Shown one piece after another: positions 1-6,465 of a stretch of 30,771 bases of DNA; the first letter of the stretch is position 1, and the number at the start of each line of letters is the position of its first letter. The translations under genes were made by a program, and so were the position numbers. This stretch comes from a virus. Lineage: Duplodnaviria > Caudoviricetes. The notes beneath the pieces were generated by a model that worked only from the letters and a program-made list of their open reading frames with translations, was not told the origin of the DNA and ran no database searches. Location: positions 1 to 30,771 of the IMG/VR virus record IMGVR_UViG_3300049136_000127; one strand, 5' to 3'.

Positions 1-411
1 CCCCCGCCGCAGCCCGACATCATCGTGCACGCCGCGATCTATCTGCCCGCGCCGGACGAGCCCGCGCCCGCCCCCGGCATCCGGTGGTGGCAGACGTTCC
101 GGCCCGTCTACAACGCCGCCTGCGCTCTCGCCGGTTCGTCGCCCGGCATGCAGTGGGCCGACGTCCTCGTCGACGTCCGCACCGCGGAGGGCCTCGGCGG
201 GGCGTGGGTGATCGCGCTCGTTCCGCTCGGCGTCGTCGCCCTGGTAGACAACGTATGGAGCGTGGCAGCCGCGAACAGTGCGGCGGGTCTGTGGCTCCCC
301 CGCATCAGGGCCGCCGCATCCCGCGCCGCACTGTGGGCGCTGCTGATCGGTACCGCTGTGGCGCTGCCCGTCATGACCCTCGTTTACGTCGTTACAGGAG
401 TCCGCTCGTGA
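1..411 (+). CDS. Membrane protein, probably 5'-truncated by the window edge
   Basis: Frame open from base 1; several hydrophobic segments (GAWVIALVPLGVVALV, AALWALLIGTAVALPVMTLVYVV); stop overlaps next start (GTGA 408-411). Confidence 0.7.
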   Translation, partial: PPPQPDIIVHAAIYLPAPDEPAPAPGIRWWQTFRPVYNAACALAGSSPGMQWADVLVDVRTAEGLGGAWVIALVPLGVVALVDNVWSVAAANSAAGLWLPRIRAAASRAALWALLIGTAVALPVMTLVYVVTGVRS

Positions 412-992
412 TCACCCTCGCCGCCGTCGACGGCATGACGACCAACACCCTTACCACCGCCGGACTTGCAATCGGCGTCGGACTGCTCGCCTGGGAGCAC
501 GTGCGGTGGTGGCGCGGCGGCGGTGGTGGCGCCGTAGCTGCGGGCGGCGGCCCCGGTGGGGGCGCCGCGAAGGACCCGAAGGCGCTGATTCCGTTCTGGT
601 TCGGTGTCACGTTCGGCACACTCGCCGTCGCCTGCCCGGCCGGACTGCTCGGCGCCGGCGCCGGATTCCTCCGCTGGGGAGGCAACGGCATCGGCGAATG
701 GCTGATGTCCACCATGACCGGGCAGCACGCGACCGCCATTGCGACCGCCGCCACGCCCCGTCTTGACGAGCACGGCGCCATCGTCGTGACCGCGCTCGTG
801 TTCGTGCTGTGGTTGCTGCGTAAGACGTTCGCGAAGCTAGTCCGGGGCAAATTCTGGTGGGGCGTTCTGGCCGGAACGCTGCTCGCAATCAGCACCGGCA
901 CTTTCGCGATGATCGGCAACCTGGTCGTGCCTGGCGCCAACGATCTCGGCGCGTGGGCCGTGAACGGGCTCGTCCATGGGGCGCTGCTGTGA
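408..992 (+). CDS. Multi-pass membrane protein (about 194 aa)
   Basis: GTG at 408 after AGGAG; about four hydrophobic segments; GTGA coupling at both ends. Confidence 0.75.
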   Translation: MITLAAVDGMTTNTLTTAGLAIGVGLLAWEHVRWWRGGGGGAVAAGGGPGGGAAKDPKALIPFWFGVTFGTLAVACPAGLLGAGAGFLRWGGNGIGEWLMSTMTGQHATAIATAATPRLDEHGAIVVTALVFVLWLLRKTFAKLVRGKFWWGVLAGTLLAISTGTFAMIGNLVVPGANDLGAWAVNGLVHGALL

Positions 993-1786
993 CCGCCGCA
1001 CCGACCACGATGCAGTGGCTCCGCGACGCAGCGCAGCGCATCAGCCGCGGATCGGGGCGCCTCACACTCCTGATCGCCCGCCGCATCACCCGCTGCAGCG
1101 TCGATCGGCTCCGCGCGTGGGGGAGCGGCATACAGCAGTGGCTCGGCGCGGCGTCCGGGTTCGACTGGCTGCTGCGCGTGGCGATCCTCGTCGCGGTCGG
1201 GCTCGTCGCCCGCGAGGCGCTGCTCGCCGTCGCCGGCGGGCTCGCCGCCCGGATCGGTACGGTCGCCGGGTCGCTGCTCGGGTGGGCGTCGCTCGTGTGG
1301 ATCGTCGTGACATACCGCATCGGCCGCGAGGACTGGCAGCCGCGCGACAAGCAGATGTCTGGGGCGGCGCCGGCCGTCGAGCAGGACCCCGAGCACGACA
1401 TGGGCGTCGCCGAGCCACCCGCCGGGCCACCGCCCGTATCCCCCGTCGCTCTCGTTGCCGCAGTCCGCGATATCGGCACCCCGCACGCCCAGCTCAAGCC
1501 GATCGCCGAGCACCTCGGTACGACCACCGACGCGGTGCGCGCCGCGGCGGCCGGGTTGGGGTGGCCGGTGAAGGACGTCCGGATGCAGGGCCGGTCGGCG
1601 TCGGCCGGGCTGCGCTGGGACGAGGCACCCTCCCCTCTCCCCGGCGACCCCTCTCCGGGCGTCGTCGGTGCAGGTCAGCACGCCGACGACAACGACGACG
1701 ACACCGCCCAGGCGTCATTCGTGACAGTGCCGGACGACACCAACCCCGTGCGCACACACGTCGTGTGGCGCCAGAAGGTCACATGA
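989..1786 (+). CDS. Membrane-anchored protein with a putative C-terminal (winged) HTH
   Basis: GTG at 989 overlapping upstream TGA; two hydrophobic segments, Pro-rich linker, then HAQLKPIAEHLGTTTDAVRAAA helix-turn-helix-like pattern. Confidence 0.7.
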   Translation: MTAAPTTMQWLRDAAQRISRGSGRLTLLIARRITRCSVDRLRAWGSGIQQWLGAASGFDWLLRVAILVAVGLVAREALLAVAGGLAARIGTVAGSLLGWASLVWIVVTYRIGREDWQPRDKQMSGAAPAVEQDPEHDMGVAEPPAGPPPVSPVALVAAVRDIGTPHAQLKPIAEHLGTTTDAVRAAAAGLGWPVKDVRMQGRSASAGLRWDEAPSPLPGDPSPGVVGAGQHADDNDDDTAQASFVTVPDDTNPVRTHVVWRQKVT

Positions 1787-1797
1787 GAGGACACGAG

Positions 1798-1992
1798 ATG
1801 GACAACCGCGAGCACCTCGCACGGCAGGCGGCCGGCGCCGTCGACGACGTGATCGAGCAGCACGAGCGCGGCGAGGCTGTCGACCCGGTCGACGTCGTCG
1901 TTCTGCAGGCCAATTTGCGCGCGGCGCAGGCCGCCGGAATCCATCCGTTCGAGCTCGACCAGTACCGGCGTACCGCGCCCCTGCGCGACTGA
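1798..1992 (+). CDS. Small hypothetical protein (64 aa)
   Basis: ATG 1798 preceded by GAGAGG; GC-biased third positions; alternative start 1783. Confidence 0.65.
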   Translation: MDNREHLARQAAGAVDDVIEQHERGEAVDPVDVVVLQANLRAAQAAGIHPFELDQYRRTAPLRD

Positions 1993-2009
1993 CGTACGCC
2001 CCCTATGCC

Positions 2010-2052
2010 CCGAGGGCGGGCCGCATCCGCCAAGACACCGGCCCGCCCTCGG
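2010..2052. promoter_or_regulatory. 14-bp perfect inverted repeat with a CGCCAAG-containing loop
   Basis: CCGAGGGCGGGCCG (2010-2023) / CGGCCCGCCCTCGG (2039-2052), intergenic. Confidence 0.5.
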
Positions 2053-2086
2053 TCACCTATCCCGCACAGGAGACAGGAGCACCATC

Positions 2087-2269
2087 ATGGCCTTCCGCCG
2101 ATCCGTTCCCCAAGCCGAACTGCGCGCCAAGATGACCGAGGAGCAGCAGCGGCACCACGCCACGAGCTACCAGGGCAACCGCGGCGGGCACTTCCCGCTC
2201 ACGCAGGCGCAGCGCATGAACGAGGAGACCGAGTACACGGTCGAGCGGGCCGACAAGCGAAAGAAGTAG
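2087..2269 (+). CDS. Small charged hypothetical protein (60 aa)
   Basis: AGGAG SD upstream of ATG; typical codon bias. Confidence 0.75.
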   Translation: MAFRRSVPQAELRAKMTEEQQRHHATSYQGNRGGHFPLTQAQRMNEETEYTVERADKRKK

Positions 2270-2348
2270 CGCCACACCCCGCCCGCCACACTCGCGCCCC
2301 GTACCGCCACACTCGCGGTGCGGGGCGCCGTCACGAGAGGATCCGTTC

Positions 2349-2615
2349 ATGAGTGAAGATCTCACCCGCGCCGACGGCGAGCTGCTCAAGCTGCGCGCCA
2401 GCATTCACGCTGCGGTCGGCAATGACTGCCAGATTCAGCACCGCCTCGACGAGTTCGAGCGTGCCGTCGAGAAGCGCGCGGCCGAATGGCTGCGTACGCA
2501 GGGAACCCCGACGAATTCCGCCCTGATCGGTCGTCTCGCCGAGACGCTCGACCCCGACACCGACGACCAGGTGCCGCCGTGGCGCCCCTCGCGCAACGGG
2601 CCTGCACGCATGTGA
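2349..2615 (+). CDS. Hypothetical protein (88 aa)
   Basis: GAGAGG SD upstream of ATG; followed by a terminator-like hairpin. Confidence 0.65.
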   Translation: MSEDLTRADGELLKLRASIHAAVGNDCQIQHRLDEFERAVEKRAAEWLRTQGTPTNSALIGRLAETLDPDTDDQVPPWRPSRNGPARM

Positions 2616-2638
2616 CGGCAGCCTCTTGACGGACCGTC

Positions 2639-2682
2639 CGACGCCCCGCTCGGCATCCCCGCCGGGCGGGGCGTCGCTGTTC
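2639..2682 (+). terminator. Hairpin ending the upstream operon
   Basis: CGACGCCCCGCTCGGC / GCCGGGCGGGGCGTCG stem (one G-U pair), weak CTGTT tail. Confidence 0.55.
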
Positions 2683-2788
2683 CCCCAAGGAGACAAAGGG
2701 CGCATGTCCGACTCGATCCTTTGTGACCTCAGACACATTTGTACCGGCCGGTAACGGCGGTGCCTGAGCACCCTCGACATCCCGGATC

Positions 2789-2854
2789 GCAGCATTCCGC
2801 GAGCATTCTGCACTCAAACTGAACGCAAACGCGCGTCAAACTGCGATGAATTGC
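2789..2854. repeat. Six degenerate, phased 11-bp tandem units (iteron-like)
   Basis: gcagcattccg/cgagcattctg/cactcaaactg/aacgcaaacgc/gcgtcaaactg/cgatgaattgc; CAAAC at 2815, 2826 and 2837. Confidence 0.6.
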
Positions 2855-3038
2855 ACGCTGCATCTATCGGCAAACGAAACACATCATCGCAGGTCAACGC
2901 GTTTTGTCCCTGGGGGACTCCCCGGTCCCTCGCGCGCGCGTGTTCCCCTCCCCTCCCCTCCGGTCTATGGCGGGGGTAGAGAGAGCAACTACCGGTAGTG
3001 GCGGGCGCGCGATCGATCTCTCTCACTGCCCCCGCCGC

Positions 3039-3067
3039 TTGCAAATCCCCCGAACCTGTCGCAGTCT
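3039..3067 (+). promoter_or_regulatory. Putative sigma70/HrdB-type promoter for the late region
   Basis: TTGCAA (3039-3044), 17-nt spacer, CAGTCT (3062-3067). Confidence 0.45.
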
Positions 3068-3072
3068 GGCGA

Positions 3073-3400
3073 GGCAGACGACGGCTGCCCAACAGCCGGA
3101 ATCACACAGCCTCAACAGCGCCCCCGATGCCGACACCGGCCGGGGGCGCTGCTCATTCCCCCCACACCACAGACCGGCTGGCGCACCCCCGTCGCCGACC
3201 GGAACGGCGCCGCCTCCCGATCCGGTCCGAGGCGGCGCCGCCCCACACTCGCGCGGGGCGGATCAAGTCACGAACCATGGCGGGTTTGCTGCCCGCCCCG
3301 CGCGTACGACCGTCCGCTGCTCGGCGACGGGATCGGAGAGATCTCCCCCGCGGGCGTAACCGCGATCGCGGGGCGCGCGCAGCGCCCGAGCAGCGGACAC
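3073..3400 (+). ncRNA. Candidate structured leader RNA / ncRNA (tandem hairpins ending in a four-way junction)
   Basis: Stems at 3116-3151, 3174-3202, 3205-3240, 3250-3304 and 3312-3398 separated by A/C-rich linkers; no credible ORF. Confidence 0.45.
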
Positions 3401-3426
3401 CCCACCCGACGAGAGGACACCGCCCC

Positions 3427-3681
3427 ATGCGCGTACGCCCGTCGGACGGGACACACGAGATCGAGATCGACACCGACACCCCCCTCGCCGAGATCGAGGC
3501 CACCCTCGGCCGGCTACTCGACCGGCTGCGCGCCACAGCCGAGCAGCCCCACCAGTCGCCGCCGTTCGGGTTCACCGGCCGCGACCTCGACGGCGTCAGC
3601 CTCGACAGCAGCACCGAACGAGCCGAGCGGTACGACGACGGCCGCGACCAGGACGACGAGACCGAGGACAAACAGCAGTGA
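3427..3681 (+). CDS. Small acidic hypothetical protein (84 aa)
   Basis: GAGAGGA SD then ATG 3427; GTGA overlap with the HNH gene. Confidence 0.7.
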   Translation: MRVRPSDGTHEIEIDTDTPLAEIEATLGRLLDRLRATAEQPHQSPPFGFTGRDLDGVSLDSSTERAERYDDGRDQDDETEDKQQ

Positions 3682-3977
3682 GCGGAGGATGGGCCGACAG
3701 CAACCGACGCAGCGAGCTGCCCGCCGACTGGCCCGAGCGACGGGCGTACGTGCTCGCCCGCGACGAGTACAGGTGCCGATGGCACGAGCAACGCAGGGTG
3801 TGCGGTCGTGCCGCGACCGACGTCGACCACATCACGCCCGGCGACGATCACCGATACGAGAACCTGCAGGCACTCTGTCGCGACCATCACGCGATCAAGA
3901 GCAGCCGCGAAGGGAACGCCGCGCGCTGGTCGGTACGCATGACGCGACCGGCCGAACGACATCCCGGTCTGATCTGA
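3678..3977 (+). CDS. Phage HNH endonuclease (HK97 gp74-like packaging cofactor)
   Basis: VLARDEYRC...C...ATDVDHI...NLQALCRDHHAIKS motif; position next to the predicted cos and upstream of terminase. Confidence 0.9.
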   Translation: MSGGWADSNRRSELPADWPERRAYVLARDEYRCRWHEQRRVCGRAATDVDHITPGDDHRYENLQALCRDHHAIKSSREGNAARWSVRMTRPAERHPGLI

Positions 3978-4028
3978 CCGAGCGCCCCCCTGGGGGGTGA
4001 CTCCCCCTCCCCCCCCCGATCGGAGCCT

Positions 4029-4038
4029 CGGGAGGTGC
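4029..4038. other. Predicted cos site (10-nt 3' overhang CGGGAGGTGC)
   Basis: Directly after HNH, preceded by C/G tracts and followed by TGTGG...CTGTACGGGTCTG, resembling recalled actinophage cohesive ends; exact cut position inferred. Confidence 0.55.
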
Positions 4039-4241
4039 TGTGGGCGTCTGTCTGTACGGGTCTGGGGAAAACGGCCACGCTGCGGGGCGTGGGCGGCGCG
4101 CAGGGCGGCGCGCACGGGGTCGGTGGGGTGATTTGATGCCCGGCGGCGAGGGGGCCGCAGAGGGCGTCTCACCCCATCGGCACCGACTAACGGAACGGTA
4201 AACACGCAGCTCACAGGGTGTTTTGGCGTTACAACACCCGC

Positions 4242-4253
4242 TATCATGAGGGT
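4242..4253 (+). promoter_or_regulatory. Putative -10 element for a leaderless transcript
   Basis: TATCAT (4242-4247), 6 nt, then ATG 4254. Confidence 0.5.
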
Positions 4254-4853
4254 ATGAACACGCGACGCTGCGAGCACTGCGACGAGCACCTCGGCGCACG
4301 GCACGCACACAATGCCCGGTACTGCTCGGGCCGCTGCCGCACCGCCGCGTGCCGCAAGCGTCGGACGATCCCCGCCGAGCTCACGAGCCGGCCGCGGTGG
4401 ATCCGGCGCACCCCGCGGAAGGTTCCGATCACGGTCGGCGGCGAGACGGCGAGCAGCACCGACCCGTCGACCTGGTCGCGGTACCGCGACGCCGCGGCGA
4501 GCAACGCCGGCGCCGGGCTCGGGTTCGTGCTCGACGGCGACGGGATCGTTGTGCTCGACCTTGACCACTGTCTCGACGGCGACCAAGTCGCACCGTGGGC
4601 GCAGGGCGTGCTCGACGCCGCGGCCGGCTGCTGGGTTGAGGTGTCGGCGGGCGGCGACGGGCTGCACGTGTGGGGGCACGGCCGGTTGCCGGGCGGCGCG
4701 GGGCGCCGGCTGCGGCTCGGCGACGGCACGGTCGAGGTGTACGGCACTGCTCGCTATGTGGCCGTAACCGGACGCACCTTCGGCGACGCCCTGCGACGCC
4801 TCGGCGATCTGTCCGAGGTGCTCGATATGCTCGGGCTCGGGGGTGGGGAGTGA
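4254..4853 (+). CDS. Stand-alone NrS-1-type primase-polymerase (AEP) catalytic domain with an N-terminal Zn finger
   Basis: ASSTDPSTWS, GLGFVL, DLDHC (DxD), EVSAGGDGLH (His motif), VEVY..RYVAVTG; N-terminal CEHC...YCSGRC. Confidence 0.85.
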   Translation: MNTRRCEHCDEHLGARHAHNARYCSGRCRTAACRKRRTIPAELTSRPRWIRRTPRKVPITVGGETASSTDPSTWSRYRDAAASNAGAGLGFVLDGDGIVVLDLDHCLDGDQVAPWAQGVLDAAAGCWVEVSAGGDGLHVWGHGRLPGGAGRRLRLGDGTVEVYGTARYVAVTGRTFGDALRRLGDLSEVLDMLGLGGGE

Positions 4854-5602
4854 ACGACCGTAGGTGCGTGGCTTGTTCGGCGCCGATCGTCGGTCGTCGA
4901 GCCGACGCGGTGTACTGCTCGACTGTCTGCGCGAAGCGGGCAGCGGGTCGGGCGCGGAAACAGCGCAACCGCAAGGTGCGTGATCTGTCCGAGACGGCTG
5001 AGTGTCCGCAGTGCTCGACGCGGTTCGAGGTGTGGGCGCCTCGCCAGTGCGGTGGGTACGCGCGTCGGTCGTACTGCTCGCAGCCGTGCACGAAACGCGC
5101 CGAGGCCGCTCGCCGCCGACAGACTGAGTCAGGTCGTCGCTATTACGAGCACTACCGCGACGCCGGGAAGTTCGCCGAGAACAATCGCCGGTCGAGGGCC
5201 GCGCGGCGCCGGTCTGCGGTGTATGTCTGCGCCTACTGCACGACGGCAGTCGAGGGCACCGAGGATCAGCAGCGCGTGACGTGCGGATCCGACGAGTGTC
5301 TACGTGCCAACGCGCGACAGCACACCACAACGCGGAACGCTCGTAAGCGCGGTGCAACCGTCGAGACGTTCCGGTACTCCGAAATCTTCGAGCGTGACGG
5401 TTGGGTCTGCGGGATCTGCTGCGAGCCGGTCAACCCCGAGCTGCAGTTCCCGGACCCCGGCAGCGTCTCGCTCGACCACATCCACCCGATCGCCCGTGGC
5501 GGCGAGCACTCGCGGGCGAACGCTCAAACGGCTCACCTCGGTTGCAACCTGCGGAAGTGCGCAACGGTGCAAGCCGAGCGCGTAATCGACTCGCTGCTGT
5601 AG
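4850..5602 (+). CDS. HNH endonuclease with three N-terminal Cys4 Zn-finger repeats (homing-endonuclease-like)
   Basis: IFERDGWVCGIC...SLDHIHPIARGGEHSRANAQTAHLGCNLRK; CVAC..YCSTVC, CPQC..YCSQPC, CAYC..TCGSDEC; GTGA overlap. Confidence 0.9.
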   Translation: MNDRRCVACSAPIVGRRADAVYCSTVCAKRAAGRARKQRNRKVRDLSETAECPQCSTRFEVWAPRQCGGYARRSYCSQPCTKRAEAARRRQTESGRRYYEHYRDAGKFAENNRRSRAARRRSAVYVCAYCTTAVEGTEDQQRVTCGSDECLRANARQHTTTRNARKRGATVETFRYSEIFERDGWVCGICCEPVNPELQFPDPGSVSLDHIHPIARGGEHSRANAQTAHLGCNLRKCATVQAERVIDSLL

Positions 5603-5604
5603 CG

Positions 5605-5645
5605 CCCGACACGGGTCGCGCGGCGGCGCACCCGACACGGGAGGT
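5605..5645 (+). promoter_or_regulatory. Twin CCCG-ACA-CGGG hairpins, the second overlapping the SD
   Basis: CCCGACACGGG at 5605-5615 and 5631-5641; SD GGGAGGT 5639-5645. Confidence 0.6.
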
Positions 5646-5652
5646 ACAGCAC

Positions 5653-6465
5653 ATGGCACGCCTGCAGATCCTCGAACTGCCCGAGGGCACCGACGACGTG
5701 CGGCCGCCGTACGTGCTCGTCGTCGACGAGACGACGCCGCAGCGCGTCGTGATCGGCATGGATCAGGGCGCGGTCCCGGACTACTGGCAGCGGGTCGCCG
5801 ACGCGATCGGCGCGCGCGGGGTGATCGTCACGGCCGAGACGGTCGAGATCCCGGCGAACGACGTCTCGGTCGAGTTCCGCGAGGGGCTGCAACAGCACCT
5901 CGGGGAGATGTACGAGACGGCTCGGCGGTCGCTGTCGGAGTCGGAGACGCTCGGGCACAAGCTGCTGCAGCGCGCCGAGATCGCCGAGGCTGTGACCGCG
6001 CAGACGAAGGGACTCTTGGAGCGTCGTACGCGGACGCTTCGCGAGCGTGCCGAGCAGGCCGAGGCCGGACGAGTCGCCGCCGACAACATGCTGCGGGCGG
6101 TCTGCGAGGTGTTCGGCGGCCCCCATCAGGATCCGGTGATGAAGGCACGCGAGACGCTGGCCCGCGCCGAGAATGCCGAGGCCAAGCTGCAGGCGCTCGC
6201 CGAGGCGCAGCAGCGTGAACTCGTCGAGCGCATGGACGCGATTACGGATGCGCTCGGGCTCGACCGGCTGCGCGACTGGGACGAGATCGTGTCGGCGATC
6301 AAGCGGCAGCGGCAGATCGATGTCGACGGCGGGCACCGGTTCGTCGCCATTCCAGAGCGCGACGGCGGGCTGTGCTGCTCGGTCTGCGGTGTCACCCGGG
6401 ATCTGTGGGCTGACCTGCCGGGCACCCCGACGTGCGCCGCGATCAAGGAACGGGGGTACTTCTGA
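5653..6465 (+). CDS. Hypothetical coiled-coil protein with a C-terminal Cys/His cluster
   Basis: Strong SD, ATG 5653; long helical E/A/R-rich middle; HRF...CCSVC...C at the end; TGATG overlap with TerS. Confidence 0.75.
   Translation: MARLQILELPEGTDDVRPPYVLVVDETTPQRVVIGMDQGAVPDYWQRVADAIGARGVIVTAETVEIPANDVSVEFREGLQQHLGEMYETARRSLSESETLGHKLLQRAEIAEAVTAQTKGLLERRTRTLRERAEQAEAGRVAADNMLRAVCEVFGGPHQDPVMKARETLARAENAEAKLQALAEAQQRELVERMDAITDALGLDRLRDWDEIVSAIKRQRQIDVDGGHRFVAIPERDGGLCCSVCGVTRDLWADLPGTPTCAAIKERGYF

Noticed and set aside
2904-3359. 151-aa ORF across the non-coding region
   Set aside because: TTG start without SD, low-complexity product, overlaps the promoter and hairpin train; treated as non-coding or remnant
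3312-3398. Possible tRNA gene
   Set aside because: Cloverleaf-like topology but an 11-bp closing stem, no TTC T-loop and no 7-nt anticodon loop
2270-3400. CRISPR-like or regular repeat-spacer array
   Set aside because: Hairpins differ in sequence and spacing; no constant repeat and no cas genes
4222-4231. TTTGGCGTTA resembling the recalled NrS-1 priming sequence TTTGGTTA
   Set aside because: Needs a 2-nt insertion, overlaps a likely promoter, and this protein lacks the domain expected for site recognition
3153-5357. 734-aa minus-strand ORF and other long antisense or shifted ORFs (e.g. 8467-10323, 15609-17540, 18189-20150)
   Set aside because: Arg/Pro-rich shadow frames of GC-rich + strand genes, with no motifs or SD
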